A stretch of DNA of 63,464 nt, the filler included, from Licmophora abbreviata (Eukaryota), in NCBI GenBank assembly GCA_900291995.1. It is 14 parts of 14 records of this genome, joined end to end, with 100 filler letters (N's around TTAATTAATTAA, not from the genome) between each part and the next. Parts side by side here need not be neighbours in the genome. Positions count along the whole stretch, not along the records: positions 53,282 to 57,917 come from OLMU01005129.1; positions 58,018 to 60,828 come from OLMU01005130.1; positions 60,929 to 63,464 come from OLMU01005132.1; 11 more parts are not named here. The stretch is one strand, 5' to 3'. The notes below the pieces were generated by a model. That model saw nothing but the letters and a program-made list of their open reading frames with translations. It was not told the origin of the DNA and did no database searches. The position numbers and the translations under genes are program-made. The stretch's first letter is position 1. Every line of letters begins with the position of its first letter. Positions 53,501 to 63,464 of the stretch are shown here, piece by piece.

Positions 53501-56500
53501 AAGCGTCACGGCTGTCAGGTCTGTCGTCGCGCGGGCGTCGAGCGTGATGTCGCGCGCGGCGTCGATCCGGGCTTCGCGGGCCTCGATTCCGGCCAGCGAT
53601 CGCGAGACCAGCGTTCCCGAACCCGCGCCGACGCCGGCCTTTCCGCCGACCGCCACATTGGCGGTGAGAACCGTGGCCGTGCTGGCGGTGTTCGCGGTGA
53701 TCCGCACGTCCTGACGGGCATTGGCTGTATCGGTGCCGAAGAGCCCGGCAAGGCCCGTGGCAGGGGCATTGATCCAGACCTGTGCATTCCGCTCACCGGT
53801 GCCCAGTTCGATCCGGGCGTCATCCTCGATCAGGTTGAGCGACATGAGCGCCGCGACACCGGCGATGCCGCCGACCGCGCCATTGGCGGTCAGCATCGAG
53901 ATCGTCGCATCGGCACTGGCATCGATGACTACGCCGAACCGTTCGGCGCCGTCCCGGATCACGCCGCTATGGCCAAGTCCGGTGATCCGTGTATTGCCCG
54001 AGACGGCGATGCGCACATCGTTGCGCAGCGTATTGACCGTGGCGCTTGCCCCGACACCGGCGGCGCCGCCGCCCGCGAAACTGATGTTCAGGCCGGGGTC
54101 GTCCTCGGATCCGCCCTTGAGGCGGATGAGGTTCCTCGCATCCGCCGCCAGCAGGACAGATCCGGCGGTGACGATCTGGCTGCCTTCACGCACTGCACCC
54201 AGCACCGGGGCAGTCGTGTCGCGGACCAGCAGCTCGACGGTGTTGAGCGCAGAGTTGCCGATGCCCGTGCCGGTGATGCCCACAGTGCCGTCGAGGGCGC
54301 CCGCGATGCCGGCGCCTGACAAGGTCCCTTCGGCAAGGGCGATCAGGGCGATCGGCCCCTGGGCCTGCAGATAGGAGCCGTCGATATCGGTCCGGATCGT
54401 CTGACGCGCGACATTGGTGCCGATCGCAAGGCCCACGGCGCCTGAGGCGCCGACGGCCACGGCCCCTGCACTTGCCGCGAGGTCCGCGCCGCCCGTCGCG
54501 GCGGCGCTGATCGTATTGGCCAGCACGGTGCTGTCACGCAGCGTGGTGTTCACGGCCCCGTCAGCCACGTTCACCACGAAGGATCCCGCAAAGGTGCCGC
54601 CTGCCCCACCGCCGAGCGCCGCCGCGGCGCCGCCGACGATCTGATCCTGCCGGGCTGAAAGCTGCACAGCGCCCGCGCCCGCGAGATCGGCCGCGACACG
54701 GGTATCGACGCGGATGTCGGACAGCACGACATCGGTATCGTCCGAAAGGATGTTGACCGCGATGGCCCCGCCGATCCCGGCGGTGCCGCCAAGGCCCACG
54801 GCCCCGGCGATCGATGTAATCAACCCGAACTGCGTGGTGTCCAATGTCAGGTCGCGACCCGCCATCAACAGCGTCGCCTGGTCGCCTGCAAGGCTACTGG
54901 CAATGCGCGCATCGGCTTGCCGGTTCATCACGTTGAGCGAGATCGAGCCTGCGCCGCCAATCGAGCCGGACGCCCCGCCGGAGACCCCTGTCGTCTGGAC
55001 ACTGCCGTCCTGCGAGGCGGTGACGGTCACGTCACCTTGGGCTGTCGTGATCTCGTCCGCGGGCAGGATAAGCTCGGCTTCCGCCTTTCCGAATAGCAGG
55101 TTGAGTGCAAGGCCCGCGCCGGATCCCCCGGTGGTGCCTGCCCCCGTCGCCCCGGCGAAGGACCGGGTTCCCCCGGTCTGTTCGGCGGTGATCGACAAGG
55201 CCGGGACCGAAGGCGCCGCGCCGGACACCTGAAGCCGCGCACGCACCAGATCGTCGCTGTCGAGGTCCAGCGCCAGATCTGCGGGATCGATGGTGACATC
55301 GCCGAGTCCCGACACATTGCCCGCGACATCCCCCAACGCGGTATCGCGCGCCTCGATGATCGCGGTCTGGGTCTGGGCCAGGGGATCTTCGCCGGGTGCC
55401 GCCCCCGGCAACGGATTGACCGACGGCCCGTCCGCCGCCGCGCGACCGATCTGGGTATAGACAACCGAGCCGGCGACACCGGTGCCGCCGGCGCCCGCCA
55501 CGCCGGACACGGCGATGGCATCGATCGAGGCCGCATCCGTCGCGCCGATGGCCATCGAACTGCCCGAGATGCCACCGCCCGCAGCGGTATCCACCACATC
55601 GGCCGTCACGGCGCCGGTGATCGAGGCCACGCTCAGCGCGCCGCCGACCGCATTGGTCCCGCCAAAGGCCGCGCTGCCCGACAGGATGTCGATACTGCCG
55701 CCACGGCCCGCCGAAACGCTGACATCCCCGGTCCCGGCGTCAAGCCGTGTTCCGGTTGTCCGGACGCGGGTCTCGTTGCTGATACCGCCGATAGCGATGG
55801 ACCCGGCAAAGGCATTTGTGCCACCGGCGGCAAGGCCGACCGCCGCGCTTTCGATGCTGGAGTCGTTTCGGGCCGAGAGACTTACGCCCTGCCCCGTCAT
55901 GCGGCCTTCGCTGGCCGCGACACTCGTGTCATGGTCAATGAAATTAGCCGCCGCTGCACCGCCAACGCCGGTGCCGCCCGCGCCAAGCGCGGCGCCGCCC
56001 GCAAAGCTGCTGATCGTGGCGGTGTCATTGGCCGACAAGCTGATCGCCCCGAGCGCATCAAGTGTCGCGTCGGTTGCGGTGATCCCAGTCGTTGCCGTGG
56101 TCACGTTGATCGTCAGCGCGCCGCCGATGGCGGTCTGGGTCGAGGCGGAAATGCCCGCCGCGAGCGAAGCGATTTCCCCCGCCGCCGTCGCGGTGGCGGT
56201 GATCCCCCCGCCATCGCGGGTGATGAGGGTCGCGTTGTTCAGGTTGACGAGCGTGTCGTTCGATGGAAGCAGGTTCACCGTCAGGCCTGCACCCGCGGCC
56301 GCGCGGCTTGCCGCCGCTGCGCCACCGGCCAGACTGCGGATCGTGCGCGCGCCGGTTGCCGTGGCAGTGATATTGGCCGCATCGAGAACCGTCGTGCCTG
56401 CCAGCGAGGCGATGGAGTCCGCATTGATCGTGTTCACGGAAAGGCCAAGCCCCGCGGCCTCGCCGGTTTCCGCCGCAGCACCTGCCACGGCGATGGCCGT

Positions 56501-59500
56501 GATGGTGCTGTCGCTGTCTGCCGTGATCTGCACCGCGCCCAGATCCGGGCCTGCGGCGCGTTTCTCAATCTCGGACCCTTCGACGCGGGCTTCGGTGCCC
56601 GCGACGATGGTGTTGACCGAAAGCGCTCCGCCAACGGCGTTGCTGCGTCCGCCGGCCAATGCGCCAGAGAGCGCGAAAATGATGTTGCTCTCGTCAGCCG
56701 TGACGGTGAGGCTGTCCGCCTCGATGCTGCGAACGCCCGGATCGGCGTCGATCAGCGCCCGCGCACCGCCGGAAATGGTGTTGACCGTGATCGAGCCGGC
56801 CAGCCCTGTCCTGCCGACGCCCGCCGTGGTGCCGAAGCCAAAGATCGACTGGCTGCTGGTGGCCACAAGCGACATGGCCCCGGTCGATATGGTGCCGGTG
56901 CCCGTGATCCGGGACAGCGCATCGCGGACGACGGTGTTCACGGCGATGCCCACGCCCACGCCATAGCCCTGCGTTGCGTCCATGTTGACGCCGACCGCAC
57001 CTGCCACGCTGACCGTGACCGACTGGTCATCGGCATTCAGGCTAAGACTTTGGGAAAAGATCTCGACGTCGCGCAATTCCGACAGGGTTTCCCCTGAGAG
57101 GACCGCCACGGATACTGACCCAGCCAGTGCGAGGTCCCCGCGCGAGGTTCCGGCGCCGCCCACGGCGATGTTGACCAGCGTTGCCGCGTCGGTTGCGTCG
57201 ATGGTCACCGCACCGGCACGGACAGTCGCGCCTTCGATGCGCGCACGGACCAGCCGTTCGTCGACATGGACGGCAAAGGCTCCGGCGAGGGCATTGGTAT
57301 CCTTCTGCGACCCAAGCCCCGAGGCGACGGAACCGCCCACGTTGATCATGGTCGCCGTGCTGCCTGCGGTCAGCGACACTGCGCCGTCGAGATCGATGAG
57401 GCCCGTGGTGCGGATGGTCGCCGTGGTTTCATTCTGCAGCGCGAGGTTCACCACCGCAGCGCCAGACACGGCCCAGCCCGAGGTCTGGCGGTCGCCGTTG
57501 GCATCCGCAGGCGTCGGGTTTTGCTGCCGTTGCTGGGCGGCGTCGTCTTCCTCGTCCGAGAAGAGCCAGCTGGGGATGATCATGTCGTCATCGGACGTGT
57601 TCGGCGGCGGCGTGGCGGCGGCAGGCGGATCTTCCTTGCCGACGACCTTGGTGCCGGCGACCGCCACCGTTATATCGACCGAGGCGTTGGTGGCCGTGAT
57701 CGTGAGGCTATCGGCGTCGATCACCGGATTGGTGGGCAGGACGAGCGGCGCCTCAACCCGTGCCGGGCCGATCCCGGCCCATGTCCGGCGGCTCGAGAAG
57801 TTGAACACGCCCGAGGCGCCGACGCCCACGTTTTCCGAGCCGGTGATGGCACCCGCGCTGGCCCATGTCACCGATCTGTCGGTTGCGGTGATGGTCACGT
57901 CCTGCGCCACGATGCGCNNNNNNNNNNNNNNNNNNNNNNNNNNNNNNNNNNNNNNNNNNNNTTAATTAATTAANNNNNNNNNNNNNNNNNNNNNNNNNNN
58001 NNNNNNNNNNNNNNNNNCCACGATGCGCGCGGCCTCGCCGATGCGGGCCATGGTTTCGGCCTCGGAGACATGCGCCGCGACCGAGGCGTTGATGGCCACA
58101 TCCGACCCCTGCCCGCCGGAATAAGCGAGGCTGGCAACGAGATCCTTGGTTTCGGCCGTCACGGCGAGATCGCCTGCGGTCACCGTCACTTGGGCGCCGT
58201 TCTCGATCTCGGCGCGCACGTCGCTTGCCGTGCGGCTGAAGAAGATCCCCCCGCCGATGGCGTCATTGACCTTGGCCGTTCCGCCCAGAGGGTTGCTTTT
58301 TGGCAGGTTCGTGACATGCAGGAACACCGCTTCCTGCAGGGCGGCGACGCTGGCCGCGTCGGTCAGGTTGAGCACGGCACCGTCGCGCACCACCGCCTCG
58401 GTCACGTTGTCGGTGTTGAAGATGGTCAGCGTGATGCCAAGCGCGAGCCCCTGTTCCTCGCCCGGGACGACCACGCGATCGCCGGCGACTGGCGCTTCGC
58501 CCTTGGCCTTGGAGTCGGTCGTGAGGTAGGTCAGCGGATTGATGATATCGAGGAACCCGGCAAGGTCGGGGGCCGGGGGCTGCTCGGGCTCGGGCGGATC
58601 GGCGGGACCACCGGTGCTGATCGGGCTGTAGTTCGTGACCTGATCGACATAGGTCTGCCACTGGTTCAGCAGGCTTTGCCAGGGGTTCGTGTTCGGATAG
58701 CGCGTCAGCGCGTTGACCGAGGCGGATGTCGCGGTGACGGTGGCGTTCGGCCCGATCTCGGCCAGGGTTTCGCCGGCAAGCGAGGAAATCGACAGGTTCA
58801 GCATCAGCGCGGTGGAAAATCGGCCCAGAAGCTCGTCCGCGGTGATCGGGGCTGCGCCGCTTGCGATCAGGCGCGCATTCTCGCGGGCCAGCTGGCGCTG
58901 CAGCGCGGCGGTCAGCCTGCCGAAGGAGGCCGATGTGGTGCGGGTCAGCGACCCGCCGCCTTCGCTGCCGCGGTCGGCAAAGCGGTAGGCGGCGTTCACG
59001 GTCACGGCGCCGCTGGCCGTGACGTTCGTGGCACCCAGTGCGACCGGGGCCGCCGCAAGGTCGTCGATGTCGCGATAGCTGCCGCCAAGCGTGGCAAAGG
59101 CATTGTCATCGCTGAGCTGGAAATCCACCGCAACACCCATTCCGAAATGCGGCTTGCGCGCGGGATCCGGCGTCTTGCCGGTGGCTCTTTGTTGCAGGGT
59201 CTGGGCAAAGCCGGTCGAATTGCTTGTATTGGCGCGACTGCGCGCGACGGCCCGCGACAGGTTGCCAAGGCCCAAGGTGGCCGTGGTCACGCGCGTGGAA
59301 TTGAAGAAAAGCTGCTCTGCCGCGATGGCGACATCCCCGTTATTGGCGGTGAGGGTGCCGCCAATGGCGGCTTCGGTGAGCGACTCGGAGAAATCGACAT
59401 TGATCCCGATCGACACCTCGCCTTCCATCCCGGAATTGGCGATCACGGTCGAGGACACATTGCGCCCGGTAAAGGCGCCGGCCGTGATCCCCCCCGCCGA

Positions 59501-60828
59501 GGTCAGGCTTCCGCCGTCGACACGAAGCTGGTTCGCCAGATTTCGGACCGAGACGGCGACCCCAAGGGCCACATCCTGGCCTAGGGCCTTCTTGGCCGCA
59601 ATGCTGATGGTCTGGTTCTCGCTGGCTGTCGCGGCCAGGCGCAGGTTGCCCGAATTGGTCAGCAGGTCACTGTCGGTGATCTGAACCGCCGATACGGTCT
59701 TGGTGCTGGACACGGCCAGGTCGACGGCAAAGGAAAACGGAGCGATGTTGGTTTCGGTCTCGGAATGGGAATGCACGACCAGCGTATCGGTCGACAGGTC
59801 GAGTTCCGAGGGCAGACGAATGCTGAGTTGATAGGCATCGTCGAAAATAAGGCTGTCGAGGACCGAATCCGCGGTCAGGAACCTGTATGTATCCTCGCGC
59901 AGGCCCTCGGCCATGAGGAATCCGTTGTCGGCGAATTCCGCCGTTGGGTCGGTGATGCTGGCGCCGATGGGTGTCCAGTTGCCATCGGACGTGAGGGTGC
60001 TGTCGGTGATCACAACCCGCGCGTCGGAGGTCAGGATCTTGATCTGCACCGGCACAAGGTCGTTCACCGAGGTGATCGCACGGTTCGCGACGGTTTCGTA
60101 GGCGATCAGCAGATTGTCGAACATCTGTTCGAATTGCTCGTCGGTGGTGCTGGCCTCCATGTCTGCGACCTGGTTCGCCTCGAGGTCATCGTCATCCTCG
60201 TCGCCGAAGATGCTGCTGGCGCGGGCCACGGCGGACACGATGACCGTTCCGCCGGCGATATCGGCGTCGGTGATGGTGACCCTAGCCACTTCGGTATCGG
60301 GATCGACGGCCCAGAGCGCCCCGGTGGACACGTTGCGCGCGCTCACAAGCACAAGCCCGCCATTGCCGACGCCGGTGCCCTGTGCGTTGAGGCTGGTGCC
60401 GGGCTTGATCTCGATGTCTTTGGAGGAAATCACGAGATCCCCCGCCGCGCCGCCGGCGCGGGCGGTCGATACGTCCATCGTGCCGCCATCATTGCCGATC
60501 GCCACCGAGGTCGTGCCGCGAATGCCAAGGGATCCGCCTTCGGTCGTCAGGCTGCGCGCAAGATCGACCGTGTCGCCCACAAGGAACGTCTCGCCCGAGC
60601 TGCCGGGGCTGCCGGTGTCGGTCACGATGCCCGCGCCCGAGGTCGTGCCGGTGGTCAATGTCCCGTTGGCCCGAAGCGCCACGAAGCCGCCCGCCGCAGC
60701 GGTGGAGCGCGCGAAAATCTGCAGGCCGGGTTCGAGGATCGCGTTCCCTCCGGTGAACATCATCACCGATCCTGCCGGGCCGCTTCCGTTGCTGACATCG
60801 AATATGCCGCCCGCCTGCAACTCACCTT
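44594..60828 (-). CDS. Giant LktA/filamentous-haemagglutinin-like secreted protein (about 5,240 codons sequenced, five internal gaps, N-terminus missing)
   Basis: Six consecutive contig pieces (58018-60828, 53282-57917, 52043-53181, 49822-51942, 46941-49721, 44594-46840) carry long minus-strand ORFs with the same G/A/T/V/S-rich beta-helix style (AVGGALSVNTI, GDLTLAA...); the only stop seen is at 44594. Confidence 0.8.
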
Positions 60829-60928
60829 NNNNNNNNNNNNNNNNNNNNNNNNNNNNNNNNNNNNNNNNNNNNTTAATTAATTAANNNNNNNNNNNNNNNN
60901 NNNNNNNNNNNNNNNNNNNNNNNNNNNN

Positions 60929-61187
60929 CGACGCGGGTTCTGGCAAGGCTGTCGGTGCTGACCGGGGGTGCCCTGCCGCTGATCGGCGTGGGGGCGTGGC
61001 CTCGGCCGAGGCGGCCTATGCCAAGATCCGCGCCGGTGCGAGCGCGGTGCAGCTTTACTCCGGGCTGGTCTATGAGGGGCTGTCGCTGGTGCCGCGCATC
61101 GCACGCGGGCTGGAGACACTGCTCGAGCGCGACGGCTTTGCCACTGTGGCCGACGCGGTGGGCACCGGACGCGACGCATGGACGTGA
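60929..61187 (+). CDS. pyrD: Quinone-dependent dihydroorotate dehydrogenase, C-terminal fragment with an apparent -1 frameshift
   Basis: TRVLARL...LPLIGVG[G][28 protein letters not shown]; one G is missing from the run at 60990-60994. Confidence 0.9.
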
Positions 61188-61525
61188 GCGAGATCTGGCA
61201 CAACCCGCGCTGCAGCAAATCGCGCGCGGCGCTGGCGCTGCTGGAGGCGCGGGGTCACAAGATGCGGATACGCCGCTATCTGGAGGACCCGCCGAGCGCC
61301 GAAGAGCTGCGGCAGGTCCAAGGCGCGCTTGGCCTGCGCGCCATCGACATGATGCGCCCCGGTGAGGCGCTTTTCACCGAGCTGGGCCTGATCCGCGACG
61401 CGGACGATACCCGGCTGATCGAGGCGATGGCCACGCATCCCAAGCTGATCGAGCGGCCCATCGTACTTTGGAAGGGCCGCGCCGCTATCGGGCGACCACC
61501 CGAACGGGTGCTGGACATCCTCTAG
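61178..61525 (+). CDS. arsC: Glutaredoxin-type arsenate reductase (ArsC family)
   Basis: HNPRCSKSR and [10 protein letters not shown]...IGRPPE motifs. Confidence 0.9.
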   Translation: MDVSEIWHNPRCSKSRAALALLEARGHKMRIRRYLEDPPSAEELRQVQGALGLRAIDMMRPGEALFTELGLIRDADDTRLIEAMATHPKLIERPIVLWKGRAAIGRPPERVLDIL

Positions 61526-61704
61526 GGTCTTTGCACACCGCCCGCGACGGTCTAAAAGCGTTCCGCCTTTGACCTAAGGCATCAGCCAGAGGTGGAACGC
61601 GTGCAACGATTGAACGGAGCACTGCATGTCGCGAAAATCTGTGTTTCAGGTTTTTCGCGAAACGCTTTAGATTGACGCGGAGGCAATTCCGAGCAGGAGC
61701 CCGG

Positions 61705-63360
61705 ATGACAAGCGATCATACCCGACAGCGCGCCAAACACGGGCCAGCGGCATGGCTTGATGCGGTGGTCTATGATCTGGCGCGGCAGATGCGCTGGACC
61801 TTCCTGCCGCCCCTGATGGTCTATTTCGCAGCCGGATTTTCGGGTCTGACGGGGATCGTGGGGACCTTCTTCGTCAAGGAATACCTTGATCTTTCGGCGG
61901 CCTATCTGGCGGGGCTGGCGTTTTGGGCGGGGCTGCCATGGGCGTTGAAGATGCCGCTCGGGCATCTGGTGGACATCATATGGCGGTGGAAATGGCTGCT
62001 GGTCTATCTGGGTGCGGGGCTGATCGGGCTGAGCATGATCATCATGTATTTCGTGCTGACCGAGCGCGAGATGATGGAGGCGATCATGCCGATCAGCGCC
62101 TGGTACATCACCTCGTTCCTGCTGACGCCGTGCGGGCTGGTGATCCAGGATGCGGTGGCCGATGCGATGTCGGTCGAGGCGGTGCCGCGCGTGGATACGC
62201 AAGGCGCACCTATCCCGGAAGAGCAGTCGCGCGCCATGCATGTCACTATGCAGACGCTGGGGCGCTTTGCGCTGATCACCGGCACGGTGGTGGTGGCCGC
62301 GCTCAACATCTGGATGTTTCGCGGGATCGAGGCGATGGACGCGGCGGCCAAGGCGAATGTCTATGCCACGATCTATCTCGTGGCGCTGTCGATCCCGCTG
62401 GTGTCGGTCTCGGGTGTGATCCTTGCGGGGGTGCAGAAATACCGCGCCAAGCACAACCTGCGCAAGACGGGCCTGAGCCCTGCCGAGGCCGACGCGCTTT
62501 TCGAGCGCCCGGACGAGGACACCACGCCCAACCCGTGGTATTTCATCGGCGGCGGAGCCTTCGTGATCCTGACGCTGGCGGTGGGTCTGGGACAGGTGCC
62601 CTATAGTCAGGAGATCATCTTTGCAGGCTCGATGGCGATCGTGCTGTTCCTGATGCGCCAACTGGTCGCCGTGCTGAGCCCCGCGCAGGCGCGCGCGCTG
62701 ATCGGCACCGCCACGATCATTTTCATGTTCCGCGCGGTGCCCAGACCGGGCGACGGGATCAGCTGGTTCAATATCGACGTGCTGGGGTTCGACCAGCAGT
62801 TCCTGTCGGTGCTGTCGCTGATCACCTCGGTGTTGACGCTGGTCGGGATCGTGGTGCTGCGCCCGCTGATGGCGGAAAAACCCATCGTCTGGATCATCGC
62901 CATGCTGACCATCGCGGGAGGGGTGCTGACGCTACCGAATATCGGGCTCTATTACGGGATCCAGGACGTGACCGCGGCGATGACGGGGGGCGTGGTGGAT
63001 GCGCGCTTCATCGCGATCCTGGACACGGCGATCGAATCGCCGCTTGGCCAAGTGGCGATGATCCCGATGCTGGCCTGGATCGCGCGCAATGCGCCCTCGA
63101 ACCTCAAGGCCACGTTCTTTGCGGTCATGGCCTCGTTCACCAATCTGGCGCTGTCGGCCTCGAGCCTGACGACGAAGTATCTCAACCAGATCTACACCGT
63201 GACCCGAGAGGTGCGCGACCCGGCCACCGGAGAGGTGACCGTGCCGGCGGATTATTCCGAGCTTGGCATTCTGCTGATCGTGGTGACGGCGATCACCGTG
63301 GGCATTCCGCTGCTGGTGATCTGGCTGGTGCAGAACTCGCGCCTGCGCACGAGCGATTGA
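61705..63360 (+). CDS. BT1 (folate/biopterin)-family MFS transporter
   Basis: LPWALKMPLG, QDAVADAMSVE and APS.LKATFFA.MASFTNL motifs; about 12 TM segments; CAGGAG RBS. Confidence 0.82.
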   Translation: MTSDHTRQRAKHGPAAWLDAVVYDLARQMRWTFLPPLMVYFAAGFSGLTGIVGTFFVKEYLDLSAAYLAGLAFWAGLPWALKMPLGHLVDIIWRWKWLLVYLGAGLIGLSMIIMYFVLTEREMMEAIMPISAWYITSFLLTPCGLVIQDAVADAMSVEAVPRVDTQGAPIPEEQSRAMHVTMQTLGRFALITGTVVVAALNIWMFRGIEAMDAAAKANVYATIYLVALSIPLVSVSGVILAGVQKYRAKHNLRKTGLSPAEADALFERPDEDTTPNPWYFIGGGAFVILTLAVGLGQVPYSQEIIFAGSMAIVLFLMRQLVAVLSPAQARALIGTATIIFMFRAVPRPGDGISWFNIDVLGFDQQFLSVLSLITSVLTLVGIVVLRPLMAEKPIVWIIAMLTIAGGVLTLPNIGLYYGIQDVTAAMTGGVVDARFIAILDTAIESPLGQVAMIPMLAWIARNAPSNLKATFFAVMASFTNLALSASSLTTKYLNQIYTVTREVRDPATGEVTVPADYSELGILLIVVTAITVGIPLLVIWLVQNSRLRTSD

Positions 63361-63371
63361 GGACAGAGACA

Positions 63372-63421
63372 GCGAGGGGCCAGCCCCTCGCGCTCCCCGG
63401 GATATTTGCGGCCAGAAGAAA
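63372..63421 (+). repeat. Intergenic palindromic repeat family A, short copy 3
   Basis: GCGAGGGGC-CA-GCCCCTCGC hairpin followed by CTCCCCGGGATATTTGCGGCCAGAAGAAA. Confidence 0.7.
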
Positions 63422-63464
63422 TCAGGAAGAGCCGGGCGGATGGGCGGCGCGTTCGAGCGCAGGG

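Noticed and set aside
44490..60828. Giant protein as CdiA, RTX toxin or autotransporter
   Set aside because: No VENN/pre-toxin motif or downstream immunity ORF, no GGxGxDxL repeats, and no C-terminal barrel with a terminal aromatic residue.
61178..61525. Arsenic-resistance island
   Set aside because: A lone ArsC-family gene coupled to pyrD, with no arsR, arsB or acr3 nearby.

Overview
GC-rich alphaproteobacterial draft-genome DNA; gene content and synteny point to Rhodobacteraceae/Roseobacteraceae. It consists of 14 pieces joined by 13 artificial 100-nt linkers (N44-TTAATTAATTAA-N44). Several linkers cut through genes (lysC, glyA, a GNAT, a giant gene), so many joins look collinear. Most of the window is core metabolism: hemG, a photolyase with DUF2256, pepN, gatB, hemP-bfd-bfr, lysC-ptsP, cdd-deoA, maeB, prpE, nadK/glyA, pyrD, arsC and a BT1 transporter. 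Accessory or unusual parts: (1) a trimethylamine-monooxygenase (tmm) locus with a GntR regulator, an apparently signal-peptide-less binding-protein homologue and a decayed ABC-transporter remnant; (2) a >5,200-aa LktA/filamentous-haemagglutinin-like exoprotein split over six contigs; (3) a two-gene cassette of a 68-aa unknown protein and a FIST-like (DUF6976-type) protein; (4) a GAF-AAA-Fis regulator lacking GAFTGA and Walker B, in front of a flavoprotein monooxygenase with a perfect palindromic site; (5) an orphan RegA paralogue; (6) several intergenic repeat families, including 11-bp tandem arrays placed right after stop codons; (7) readable regulatory sites (FNR class II promoters, Iron-Rhodo boxes, TTTGCAAA ScfR-type sites). 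I saw no rRNA, tRNA, CRISPR array, transposase or phage gene. All family assignments come from motif recognition by eye, not database searches.
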